Translations under genes and position numbers: made by a program
The notes under the pieces: generated by a model
The model's input: the letters and a program-made list of their open reading frames with translations, nothing else
The model's database searches: none
What the model was told of the DNA's origin: nothing
Source of the DNA: Opitutales bacterium
GTDB taxonomy: Bacteria > Verrucomicrobiota > Verrucomicrobiia > Opitutales > UBA2987
NCBI GenBank assembly: GCA_965226885.1
Contig: CBDDEL010000010.1
Location: 224,001-288,000, forward strand
Reading direction: 5' to 3'
DNA length: 64,000 bases
Part shown: piece after piece, positions 42,089-52,921 of the stretch
Position numbering within the stretch: the stretch's first letter is position 1
Layout of the letters: each line of letters opens with the position of its first letter

Positions 42089-43657
42089 CCCGGATATTTC
42101 GTAAAAAAAGTATCGTTGATATGCTTAACTGCTGATATACAGCAGGATAGATCAATAATTAAAGCAATATCAGCGATGACAAAAGGTAAACAATTAAAGC
42201 TACAGTTGACAAGGGTAAAAGGCCGCCGTGTGCGGGTTGATTTCAAGGGCGGAGAGGTTACTTCGGATGCCGGACTGCTTTTGATCCGGGAAGTGGATCG
42301 GCAGTTGGGCTTGACCGAACGAGCGGCCCGACAGTTAGTGGACAAACGGCAGAAGGGCAAAGTACGCCATGAGGTATTGGGGATGCTGCGGCAGCGCGTT
42401 TACGGGCTGGTGGCGGGCTATGAGGATTTGAACGACTTTGATACCCTGCGCCACGATCCATTGTTGCAAACGGTAACGGGGCGCATTGAAACGTTGGCCA
42501 GCGCGCCGACTTTGTGTCGTTTTGAAAACGGGCAGGATCGGCGGGCGGCCTTTGCGGTAAACGAGCTGTTGGTCGAACAGTTCATGGGCTCCTTTGCCGA
42601 GGAACCCGAAGAGATCATCCTGGACTTTGACGCCACCGACACTCCGGTGCACGGGCTCCAGGAGGGACGTTTTTTCCACGGTTATTATGATCATTACTGT
42701 TTTCTGCCGCTATATGTTTTTTGCGGTGATCAGCTGCTGGTGGCCTACCTGCGGCCGAGCAAGATCGATGCCAGCAAGCATGCCGGGGCCATCCTCAAAT
42801 TGCTGGTTAAACGGATTCGCCAAAGCTGGCCCCGTACGCGGATTATTTGGCGCGCCGACAGTGGATTTTGTCGAGACCGGATACTCTCTTGGTGCGACCG
42901 CAACGAAGGTTAGTTACATCGTGGGGATGGCTCGCAATGCACGCTTGCAGCAAGACGCCCAGCAGTTGCAAAAGCAGGCCAAAGAATGGTTCGAACTAAG
43001 GGGTAAAAAACAACGGTTATTCCAGGACTTCGTCTATGCTGCCGATTCGTGGCGATGGCTGCGGTTGGTCATCCATAAAGCCGAACACACCGCACAGGGG
43101 TCCAACCCGCGCTTCGTGGTGACGAACCTGCCGGGCGATCCCCAGGAGCTTTACGACAAGGTATACTGTGGCCGCGGTGAAATGGAGAACCGAATCAAGG
43201 AACAGATGCAATTGTTCAGCGAGCGCACCAGCGCCCATCAATGGTGGGCCAATCAGTGGCCGATTGCTCTTGTCGGCGCTGGCCTACACCTTGATGGAAG
43301 CCATGCGCCGGTTAGCCTTAAAAGGGACGAAGTGGGCGCGGGCCCAATGCCACACCCTGCGGCTCAAATTAATCAAGATCGGAGCGGTCATCGTGCGCAA
43401 CACCCGAACGATTCACTTTCACCTAAGTGAGAGTTATCCTTGGGCCAGTCTTTTCAACCATGCGGCCCGCCGATTGGTGCCAACCTAAAGGGTGCATTGG
43501 TGCTGCCCCCGGCACTACCGAACCAATGGGGGAAAGGGGGCAGTGTCTCTACACCCTGAAAAACACCTAAAAATCAAGACGATCTGCTCAAAATACAAAG
43601 AAATCCATCTCCAATAGCAATAACGAGCCAAACTTTACCCTTCATGAAATATCCGGG
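42089..43657 (+). mobile_element. IS1380-family element, copy D (transposase 42176-43488 with two +1 frameshifts)
   Basis: Near-identical to copy A; extra G near 42908 and extra C near 43260. Confidence 0.93.
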
Positions 43658-44003
43658 CTAAAGGGTGCATTGGTGCTGCCCCCGGCACTACCGAACCAAT
43701 GGGGGAAAGGGGGCAGTGTCTCTACACCCTGAAAAACACCTAAAAATCAAGACGATCTGCTCAAAATACAAAGAAATCCATCTCCAATAGCAATAACGAG
43801 CCAAACTTTACCCTTCATGAAATATCCGGGCTAAAGGGTGCATTGGTGCTGCCCCCGGCACTACCGAACCAATGGGGGAAAGGGGGCAGTGTCTCTACAC
43901 CCTGAAAAACACCTAAAAATCAAGACGATCTGCTCAAAATACAAAGAAATCCATCTCCAATAGCAATAACGAGCCAAACTTTACCCTTCATGAAATATCC
44001 GGG
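43485..44003 (+). repeat. 3 x 173-bp tandem repeat of the IS1380 right end
   Basis: Units 43485-43657, 43658-43830 and 43831-44003, each CTAAAGGGTG...GAAATATCCGGG. Confidence 0.95.
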
Positions 44004-44478
44004 TTAGTTGTGTCCTGGGCAACACCCTGTCCTTGGGCGTACATCTGCCCTAGAGTGAGTTGCGCCATCGGATAATCCTGGTCTGCTGACCGTTGAATCC
44101 AATTAAGTGCCAGTTCTAAATCCTGATCCACGCCATCACCGTTGAGGTAGATTACACCGAGATTGTATTGGGCAACGGAGTAACCTTGCTCAGCCGCATG
44201 GGTAAACCATTGAAGCGCTTTTTTATAATTGCGGGATACGCCCTCGCCCTCGAAATACATCCAGGCCACATCCCGTTGGGCTTCCAGATGACCTTGATCG
44301 GCCGCATGGCGAAACCATTTGAGCGCGGCTCGATAATTTCTGGATCCACCTTCGCCAATGTAAAACATCAAAGCAATATTTACCTGTGCCTCCGGGTAGC
44401 CCTGCTTGGCTGCTCTTAAAAACCACTTTTGGGCTAGTTTGAAATCCTGCGGCACACCTTCGCCCTCATAATACAATA
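44004..44478 (-). pseudogene. Internal fragment of a Sel1-like (SLR) repeat protein
   Basis: Repeated A..W...AA.QG...AQ..LG.MY..G.GV..D/N units; cut by IS ends on both sides. Confidence 0.88.
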
Positions 44479-44677
44479 GAGGCTGTCCCAAAAGGGTGAT
44501 TTTTGCGAGGGCTTTTGATAGGCGCTCATTTTAGAGGTATTTGCATTTGGGAGAGTATCAACTTTGCTCTCCTATGACGTTAGGATACTGGTTTTGGGGT
44601 CCGGTTGCCTGGTTTTCTTTGTATGAGCCGACAGTACGGCTGTGAAAAAGTATTGTCCTTGCTTTTCCGCTCTCTAA
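44479..44677 (-). mobile_element. Right-end fragment of the IS5/ISNCY-like element
   Basis: Reverse complement of 49212-49410; ends at the transposase stop site, where an IS1380 is inserted. Confidence 0.9.
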
Positions 44678-46244
44678 CCCGGATATTTCGTAAAAAAAGT
44701 ATCGTTGATATGCTTAACTGCTGATATACAGCAGGATAGATCAATAATTAAAGCAATATCAGCGATGACAAAAGGTAAACAATTAAAGCTACAGTTGACA
44801 AGGGTAAAAGGCCGCCGTGTGCGGGTTGATTTCAAGGGCGGAGAGGTTACTTCGGATGCCGGACTGCTTTTGATCCGGGAAGTGGATCGGCAGTTGGGCT
44901 TGACCGAACGAGCGGCCCGACAGTTAGTGGACAAACGGCAGAAGGGCAAAGTACGCCATGAGGTATTGGGGATGCTGCGGCAGCGCGTTTACGGGCTGGT
45001 GGCGGGCTATGAGGATTTGAACGACTTTGATACCCTGCGCCACGATCCATTGTTGCAAACGGTAACGGGGCGCATTGAAACGTTGGCCAGCGCGCCGACT
45101 TTGTGTCGTTTTGAAAACGGGCAGGATCGGCGGGCGGCCTTTGCGGTAAACGAGCTGTTGGTCGAACAGTTCATGGGCTCCTTTGCCGAGGAACCCGAAG
45201 AGATCATCCTGGACTTTGACGCCACCGACAATCCGGTGCACGGGCTCCAGGAGGGACGTTTTTTCCACGGTTATTATGATCATTACTGTTTTCTGCCGCT
45301 ATATGTTTTTTGCGGTGATCAGCTGCTGGTGGCCTACCTGCGGCCGAGCAAGATCGATGCCAGCAAGCATGCCGGGGCCATCCTCAAATTGCTGGTTAAA
45401 CGGATTCGCCAAAGCTGGCCCCGTAAGCGGATTATTTGGCGCGCCGACAGTGGATTTTGTCGAGACCGGATACTCTCTTGGTGCGACCGCAACGAAGTTA
45501 GTTACATCGTGGGGATGGCTCGCAATGCACGCTTGCAGCAAGACGCCCAGCAGTTGCAAAAGCAGGCCAAAGAATGGTTCGAACTAAGGGGTAAAAAACA
45601 ACGGTTATTCCAGGACTTCGTCTATGCTGCCGATTCGTGGCGATGGCTGCGGTTGGTCATCCATAAAGCCGAACACACCGCACAGGGGTCCAACCCGCGC
45701 TTCGTGGTGACGAACCTGCCGGGCGATCCCCAGGAGCTTTACGACAAGGTATACTGTGGCCGCGGTGAAATGGAGAACCGAATCAAGGAACAGATGCAAT
45801 TGTTCAGCGAGCGCACCAGCGCCCATCAATGGTGGGCCAATCAGTGGCGATTGCTCTTGTCGGCGCTGGCCTACACCTTGATGGAAGCCATGCGCCGGCT
45901 AGCCTTAAAAGGGACGAAGTGGGCGCGGGCCCAATGCCACACCCTGCGGCTCAAATTAATCAAGATCGGAGCGGTCATCGTGCGCAACACCCGAACGATT
46001 CACTTTCACCTAAGTGAGAGTTATCCTTGGGCCAGTCTTTTCAACCATGCGGCCCGCCGATTGGTGCCAACCTAAAGGGTGCATTGGTGCTGCCCCCGGC
46101 ACTACCGAACCAATGGGGGAAAGGGGGCAGTGTCTCTACACCCTGAAAAACACCTAAAAATCAAGACGATCTGCTCAAAATACAAAGAAATCCATCTCCA
46201 ATAGCAATAACGAGCCAAACTTTACCCTTCATGAAATATCCGGG
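44678..46244 (+). mobile_element. IS1380-family element, copy F (1567 bp)
   Basis: IRs CCCGGATATTTC; flanks CTAA and CTAA. Confidence 0.95.
44765..46075 (+). CDS. IS1380 family transposase (intact)
   Basis: One substitution (T to K) relative to copy A. Confidence 0.94.
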   Translation: MTKGKQLKLQLTRVKGRRVRVDFKGGEVTSDAGLLLIREVDRQLGLTERAARQLVDKRQKGKVRHEVLGMLRQRVYGLVAGYEDLNDFDTLRHDPLLQTVTGRIETLASAPTLCRFENGQDRRAAFAVNELLVEQFMGSFAEEPEEIILDFDATDNPVHGLQEGRFFHGYYDHYCFLPLYVFCGDQLLVAYLRPSKIDASKHAGAILKLLVKRIRQSWPRKRIIWRADSGFCRDRILSWCDRNEVSYIVGMARNARLQQDAQQLQKQAKEWFELRGKKQRLFQDFVYAADSWRWLRLVIHKAEHTAQGSNPRFVVTNLPGDPQELYDKVYCGRGEMENRIKEQMQLFSERTSAHQWWANQWRLLLSALAYTLMEAMRRLALKGTKWARAQCHTLRLKLIKIGAVIVRNTRTIHFHLSESYPWASLFNHAARRLVPT

Positions 46245-47593
46245 CTAATACAACCCCCAGATCCTTGATCCGTTGGAGAATACGGTCGCTTACTATGCTG
46301 CAGTGTTCGATCCTGTGCCGATGATCTTCTCGCGGCGTTTTCTGCAAGGCTTTTTCGATGGCATTAAGCACCATATCGATTTCCCGGTCGCCATTGGAAT
46401 GAACGGCGATTTGAAAACCCGCTGCATGAATATCGCTGAACAATTCAGTTAGTTTTTCCTGCGACCGTGCAGGCGGTATTCCATAGTAATCCTTTTTGCC
46501 AGTTCTCGGATTTATCCTCTCGTAGGGTTCGTACAACCAACATGTGCGGCCGGATAATGAATTTCCATGGCGCACTTTAATCGGACCGATTTTTAGCCGG
46601 CTGTTTCCAAACTTCGTGTGAATGTTCAACTTTTTCAAATCGGGAAAATATTTTTCACGAATCATCATGTTGATGCGAAGCGGCATTCCTGCTTCGACCA
46701 ATTCCTGATATACACGGATTTTACCTGGATTAACGCCGGCATCGCCAATGCTGGTAATTCCTTTTCGCATGAACTCGTGGAAACAACGTTGATAACCCTC
46801 CAGTTCTTCTTTGCGGGAAGCTTCCGGCATGGGGGGGCCGCCATCTCGAACAAGCCCTCCGGCGCCTTCGCGGCAGATTCCATTCGGTTCCCCGCTATCA
46901 TCGCGATCGAATGCTCCACCAGGCGGATCCGGTGTATCCTGAGTGATGTTTGCCGCCCGCAAAGCGTACGAGTTTACGACGCTTAAATGACCGCTCGAAT
47001 GGCCAATCCAGATGGGATGATCGGTAGATGCCCGATCTAAATCCCAGCGGTTGGGACTTCGACCCAATTTAGTGCCCTGGTAACGACTTCCCCGAATCCA
47101 TTGTCCCTTCGGCGTTATTTCCGCTTTGGCTTTTAAGGCAGCAACAAGTCCCTCCATTGTTTTGACGGCGGCGGGTGACAAATCGACACTGCCTAACCTG
47201 TGCGTCCATAAGTATATCGACCTGGGATGAAGGTGGACATCGATGAAACCAGGTGTAATCGTTTTGCCTTCTGCCTCGATGACCGTAGTATTCTTGCCAA
47301 TCAGCGATCTAACGTCGCCATTCGTACCCACAGCGACAAATATTCCATCTCGAATCGCAAATGCTTCCGCTTGCGATTGGTCTTTATCAACCGTGATTAC
47401 ATTCGCATTGGTTACTACAAGATCAGCGAATAGCGGATCGCCATAAATGGGCATAGAATATATTCCCAGCATAATTATGGTTAAAACGTGGATCAGGATA
47501 CTTAAACTAGAATTCATAGTTTGTTTTGTTAATTTTTTAAATATTCGCTTTTTCGCCGTAGCGAGATCAATGGGGCCGTGGGCCACCTATTTA

Positions 47594-49410
47594 GAGGCTG
47601 TCCCAAAAATATAAAGATTTTATAGTCAACTGGATGACGTTGATAAAAAGAGCCGGAAAGAGCAAGTTTTTGCTCGATCCGGCCAAAAAAGGGTTCTATA
47701 ATTGAGTTAGCGAAAATCAATATAGCCCTTTCTATGAAAAATATAGCCATCCAATGCCTCCTGCGTCCAGCTTTAACTGTGGTCGACCGGTGCCTCGATT
47801 ACGATAACTTCCGCGCCACCATTGATCGAATCGATCGGCTGCTGATCGACTCGGAGGTGGAATCGCAGGCCATTGAGCTGGCCTTGGAGGGGTGGCCGCC
47901 AATGGGTCTAAAGGCCCGGCGGCAGCGGGCCAGTTTTGCCATCAAGGCACTGCGCATGGATACGCTGGGCCGTCTGCTCGGAGGGATTTCGTTTCGGCAT
48001 TTGTCGCGGGCTCTGGGCAGCAGCGATCTGTTGGCCGACTTTTGCCGTGTCCGGCAGATCGATGGCATCAGGGGCATCTCCAAAAGCACCCTGGAGCGGG
48101 CCTCGAAGTTTTTCAGCGAAGAGCAGTTGAGGGCCTTGCACCGGACCTTGACTGAGGTGGTGGGCGATGCCCTTCTGGCCCGGCAGGTGGGATTGGACAA
48201 GCCGATTGACACCACCATTTGCCTGATCGACGGCACCTGTTTGGAGGCTAACATTCATTGGCCGACGGACTGGGTATTACTCAAGGATGTAGCCGGCACG
48301 TTGCTCAAAGCGATCCGGCTGATCCGCGAGAAGGCCGGTTTGCGCCATCGCATGCCGATCGAACCGGAGCCCTTGGCTCGGCAGATGAATCGGCTGTGCA
48401 TACAAATGACCCACAGCCGGCGGCGAAAGGACAGCGCGCGGCAGCGCAAGGGTATCTTGAGGCAGATGAAAAAGCTGCTCAAACGGATCGGGGAGCATGC
48501 CCGCAGTCACCGGGAATTATTGCAAGCCTGCTGGGAGCAAAGCGATTACAGCGAAAAACAGGTCCAACAGATCCTCGCCCGGATGGAGCGCATGAGCGAG
48601 CAAATCCCGGTGGTCATCAAACAGGCGCACGAGCGGATCATTGGCCGCCGCCAGGTGAAAAACGCAGAGAAAGTCTTGAGTGTTTACGAACTCGATGGGC
48701 AGGTGATTGTGCGAGGTAAAGCGGGCCAAGAGGTCGAGTTCGGCAACACCCTGTTTTTGGGAGAAAGCGTTGAAGGGTACCTGCTGGACTGGAAACTCTA
48801 CGGCAGCCGAACTCCAAGCGAAAATGAACAAATGCAAGAGAGTTTGCAAAGACAGAACCGCTTCAACCTGGAAGAACCCATAGCGGCCATGTGCGCGGAC
48901 CGGGGATTTGCCTCCCAGCGGGCCCGCCGGCAGTTAGCCCAGGAGGGAATCTACGACGCGCTCTGTCCACGCGATCCGAAGCAGTTGAAAAAACGGATGG
49001 AGGAACCACTGTTCAGACAATTGCAAAAGCGCCGGGCCAGCACCGAAGGGCGGATCGGGGTATTGAAGAATCGCTGGCAGGCCGGGCGGTTGCGCAGCAA
49101 AGGCTTTGCCAACCGCTCGATCAGCGTAGCCTGGTCGGTACTCTCGCACAACCTATGGAAAGTAGCCAAGATGCTGGCCCAGCAAGACGAACTAAAAACC
49201 AAAGCGGCGGCCTAGAGAGCGGAAAAGCAAGGACAATACTTTTTCACAGCCGTACTGTCGGCTCATACAAAGAAAACCAGGCAACCGGACCCCAAAACCA
49301 GTATCCTAACGTCATAGGAGAGCAAAGTTGATACTCTCCCAAATGCAAATACCTCTAAAATGAGCGCCTATCAAAAGCCCTCGCAAAAATCACCCTTTTG
49401 GGACAGCCTC
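47594..49410 (+). mobile_element. IS5/ISNCY-like element copy 2 (intact, 1817 bp)
   Basis: IRs GAGGCTGTCCCAAAA; flanks TATTTA and TAGCTA. Confidence 0.93.
47734..49215 (+). CDS. DDE transposase (IS5/ISNCY-like)
   Basis: Near-identical to 32757-34244. Confidence 0.92.
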   Translation: MKNIAIQCLLRPALTVVDRCLDYDNFRATIDRIDRLLIDSEVESQAIELALEGWPPMGLKARRQRASFAIKALRMDTLGRLLGGISFRHLSRALGSSDLLADFCRVRQIDGIRGISKSTLERASKFFSEEQLRALHRTLTEVVGDALLARQVGLDKPIDTTICLIDGTCLEANIHWPTDWVLLKDVAGTLLKAIRLIREKAGLRHRMPIEPEPLARQMNRLCIQMTHSRRRKDSARQRKGILRQMKKLLKRIGEHARSHRELLQACWEQSDYSEKQVQQILARMERMSEQIPVVIKQAHERIIGRRQVKNAEKVLSVYELDGQVIVRGKAGQEVEFGNTLFLGESVEGYLLDWKLYGSRTPSENEQMQESLQRQNRFNLEEPIAAMCADRGFASQRARRQLAQEGIYDALCPRDPKQLKKRMEEPLFRQLQKRRASTEGRIGVLKNRWQAGRLRSKGFANRSISVAWSVLSHNLWKVAKMLAQQDELKTKAAA

Positions 49411-49417
49411 TAGCTAG

Positions 49418-50984
49418 CCCGGATATTTCATGAAGGGTAAAGTTTGGCTCGTTATTGCTATTGGAGATGGATTTCTTTGTATTTTGAGCAGATCGTCTTG
49501 ATTTTTAGGTGTTTTTCAGGGTGTAGAGACACTGCCCCCTTTCCCCCATTGGTTCGGTAGTGCCGGGGGCAGCACCAATGCACCCTTTAGGTTGGCACCA
49601 ATCGGCGGGCCGCATGGTTGAAAAGACTGGCCCAAGGATAACTCTCACTTAGGTGAAAGTGAATCGTTCGGGTGTTGCGCACGATGACCGCTCCGATCTT
49701 GATTAATTTGAGCCGCAGGGTGTGGCATTGGGCCCGCGCCCACTTCGTCCCTTTTAAGGCTAACCGGCGCATGGCTTCCATCAAGGTGTAGGCCAGCGCC
49801 GACAAGAGCAATCGCCACTGATTGGCCCACCATTGATGGGCGCTGGTGCGCTCGCTGAACAATTGCATCTGTTCCTTGATTCGGTTCTCCATTTCACCGC
49901 GGCCACAGTATACCTTGTCGTAAAGCTCCTGGGGATCGCCCGGCAGGTTCGTCACCACGAAGCGCGGGTTGGACCCCTGTGCGGTGTGTTCGGCTTTATG
50001 GATGACCAACCGCAGCCATCGCCACGAATCGGCAGCATAGACGAAGTCCTGGAATAACCGTTGTTTTTTACCCCTTAGTTCGAACCATTCTTTGGCCTGC
50101 TTTTGCAACTGCTGGGCGTCTTGCTGCAAGCGTGCATTGCGAGCCATCCCCACGATGTAACTAACTTCGTTGCGGTCGCACCAAGAGAGTATCCGGTCTC
50201 GACAAAATCCACTGTCGGCGCGCCAAATAATCCGCGTACGGGGCCAGCTTTGGCGAATCCGTTTAACCAGCAATTTGAGGATGGCCCCGGCATGCTTGCT
50301 GGCATCGATCTTGCTCGGCCGCAGGTAGGCCACCAGCAGCTGATCACCGCAAAAAACATATAGCGGCAGAAAACAGTAATGATCATAATAACCGTGGAAA
50401 AAACGTCCCTCCTGGAGCCCGTGCACCGGATTGTCGGTGGCGTCAAAGTCCAGGATGATCTCTTCGGGTTCCTCGGCAAAGGAGCCCATGAACTGTTCGA
50501 CCAACAGCTCGTTTACCGCAAAGGCCGCCCGCCGATCCTGCCCGTTTTCAAAACGACACAAAGTCGGCGCGCTGGCCAACGTTTCAATGCGCCCCGTTAC
50601 CGTTTGCAACAATGGATCGTGGCGCAGGGTATCAAAGTCGTTCAAATCCTCATAGCCCGCCACCAGCCCGTAAACGCGCTGCCGCAGCATCCCCAATACC
50701 TCATGGCGTACTTTGCCCTTCTGCCGTTTGTCCACTAACTGTCGGGCCGCTCGTTCGGTCAAGCCCAACTGCCGATCCACTTCCCGGATCAAAAGCAGTC
50801 CGGCATCCGAAGTAACCTCTCCGCCCTTGAAATCAACCCGCACACGGCGGCCTTTTACCCTTGTCAACTGTAGCTTTAATTGTTTACCTTTTGTCATCGC
50901 TGATATTGCTTTAATTATTGATCTATCCTGCTGTATATCAGCAGTTAAGCATATCAACGATACTTTTTTTACGAAATATCCGGG
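49418..50984 (-). mobile_element. IS1380-family element, copy E (1567 bp)
   Basis: TSD CTAG at 49414-49417 and 50985-50988. Confidence 0.95.
49587..50897 (-). CDS. IS1380 family transposase (intact)
   Basis: Same protein as copy A. Confidence 0.94.
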   Translation of the reverse strand: MTKGKQLKLQLTRVKGRRVRVDFKGGEVTSDAGLLLIREVDRQLGLTERAARQLVDKRQKGKVRHEVLGMLRQRVYGLVAGYEDLNDFDTLRHDPLLQTVTGRIETLASAPTLCRFENGQDRRAAFAVNELLVEQFMGSFAEEPEEIILDFDATDNPVHGLQEGRFFHGYYDHYCFLPLYVFCGDQLLVAYLRPSKIDASKHAGAILKLLVKRIRQSWPRTRIIWRADSGFCRDRILSWCDRNEVSYIVGMARNARLQQDAQQLQKQAKEWFELRGKKQRLFQDFVYAADSWRWLRLVIHKAEHTAQGSNPRFVVTNLPGDPQELYDKVYCGRGEMENRIKEQMQLFSERTSAHQWWANQWRLLLSALAYTLMEAMRRLALKGTKWARAQCHTLRLKLIKIGAVIVRNTRTIHFHLSESYPWASLFNHAARRLVPT

Positions 50985-52057
50985 CTAGGCCCATTGGGCG
51001 GGTCACCATGAGCAAAGACGGTCACAAATTCGCCGAAGCCATTGAATTTCTGGGTGGGGCCATAGTAGCCTGTCACGATGACATCGTTACTGCGGTCAAC
51101 GAATAAGCCGTGGGGCGCATTGAACTGACCGGGCAGGAGGCCTTCCGTGCCCCAGTCGCGGAGGGACTTGCCATGCTGGTCGTAAACATTGACCCGCATG
51201 TTGTCCACGTCCACCACGTAGAGATTTCGCGCCGTATCGTGGTCCATGCCGTGGGCGCGCAGGAGCATGCCGGGTAAACGGCCTTTCTCAGCGAAAATCT
51301 GCAGAAACTCCCCTTCATGGGTGAAGACCTGAATCCTCGGCCGGTCACCCTTGCTGTCGGAAACAAAAATGCGCCCTTCGACATCAATGGTTACTTCACG
51401 AGGGGCGGTAATTTCACCAGGGAGAGCCCCCGCGCCTTTACCCACGTTATTGATAAACACACCCTCTCGCGAATAACGGGGCACCTCGGAATTGCCCATA
51501 TCCGCAATCAGGATATTGCCCTCTTTATCCATGCCGATACCGTGGGGCGCGGAAAGGTGAGCGCCCTCTTCACCCGGTTTCTCTGCCCAAATATGAATGG
51601 ACTTATACGTGATGGGCGCAACGCCAATGATTACCGTGGCAAAGAGGTGTTGATTCGCCGCAGATGGAATGTGGGCCCCAATATGAATTTCACGGGGTGA
51701 CGGCATAACGGCAGGCGCTGTGTAAACGCCCATACCATCAATCGTGCCCCAAACGGCATTGCCGTCAGGCACATCGTTTACGGACCACTTTACCTCATCC
51801 GGCACTTCTGCCGCCATTAATCGGGTGGCCAACATGACAGATGTGAATTTTTGCTGCTCGCCCGGATTCAAATGGATCAAAGAGGGGCTGATCGTAGCCC
51901 GACGATAGCGGAGATCACTGTAATTGAGGGCGCTGCGTCCGATAGAATCAGTATAGGGTCCAACACTATAGGCAATGCCCCCCATTACGGTTAACAAGGT
52001 AAAAATAAGCGCCGCCGTGCGTGTGAATCTGTTTGTTGTCATACTGTTTATAGTCAT
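50985..52057 (-). pseudogene. NHL-repeat (beta-propeller) exported protein with an Ig-like N-domain; N-terminal part
   Basis: PHGI..D.EGNI.IAD, PRE..ID.EGRIFVSD and PGQFNAPHGLFVD repeats; C-terminus displaced to 32346-32616. Confidence 0.88.
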
Positions 52058-52320
52058 GTCCTTATAATTGTGGCCATAATGAATTTCCGCAAGCGTCGCA
52101 AAAACAATTGATGAAAAATATTGCACGAAATCCGTTATTTAGCAAATAACCGAAATGGGTGTCGATGATATCACCTATGCGACTGGATGCCACTCCTTAA
52201 AGTCCATGGCAATCCATACATCGTCTGCGAACCGGGCCACCAACATTTCTACAACATTTTCGGGGTCCGATCCCTTCGCCCACGAACAATTAGTATGGCG
52301 CGGTATCACATGCTGATTCA

Positions 52321-52389
52321 GGCTAACGCTGAATTGAGCTATTTCGAGGTGCGCAAATCCTCGAAATTAGCACAAGTGTTTTGTTCGCC
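52321..52389 (-). other. attC site (69 bp)
   Basis: Minus strand, 1 nt after the peptidase stop: R'' GGCGAAC, AAAAC, L'' ACTTGTGC, TAATTTCGAGG ATTTGCGCA CCTCGAAATA, L' GCTCAAT, TCAGC, R' GTTAGCC. Confidence 0.8.
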
Positions 52390-52921
52390 TTTACTCTTGC
52401 CTAAATAATTCATGAATCTTTTTTGTGTCCTGGCTTCGGACATCATGCAAGAGGCCAAGTTCTTTTAATCTAATTTCAATTACTGTTTTGGACGCTCGAT
52501 ATATCTCCCGGAGTTTGATAGCAACCGCATGAAAATTCGAGATCGAGATATTGCAATTTTGATTGTCGAGATAAATAATCCCATAAAACTTCGTAAGGCC
52601 TAAGCTCGAAATGGCTTCGCTAAAGGCTTCTTTAACTGTCGATAGAGGTAGCAAAACGGAAGATGCAAACTTATTCGCCTGCCATTCCATCCAATCAGAT
52701 GGACCACGAGGTCTCGAAATTCGATCTTCAAGATTCTCATCAGTGTCATCTAGGATATTTTGAATTTTCACATTTCTATGATAGACTAGGTGACCCAACT
52801 CATGAATGAGAGTAAAATTCCATCTATCCGAAGATGGCTCAAGCGAGCTATCAACAAAAATCATCCTTGGGTTGAATCTGTATTTCCCGAGAATTTTCTT
52901 GCCGGATGCTGAAGTGCCTAG

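Larger units (their letters stand above)
41659..47517 (-). pseudogene. Amidohydrolase (YtcJ/amidohydrolase_3-like) split into 46245-47517 and 41659-42088
   Basis: PGFIDVHLH, HSNGD, HRIEHC, NSD and GKLADF motifs. Rejoins in frame as GVVL|ALHSYIYEHGD across a CTAA duplication; a further A7 frameshift near the 3' end. Confidence 0.9.

Noticed and set aside
43485..44003. CRISPR-like array
   Set aside because: Units are 173-bp identical IS ends with no unique spacers, and there are no cas genes.
46082..46131. HDV-like ribozyme in the IS1380 3' region
   Set aside because: The stem order resembles P1-P2-P3, but there is no P4, no catalytic C in J4/2 and no canonical L3.
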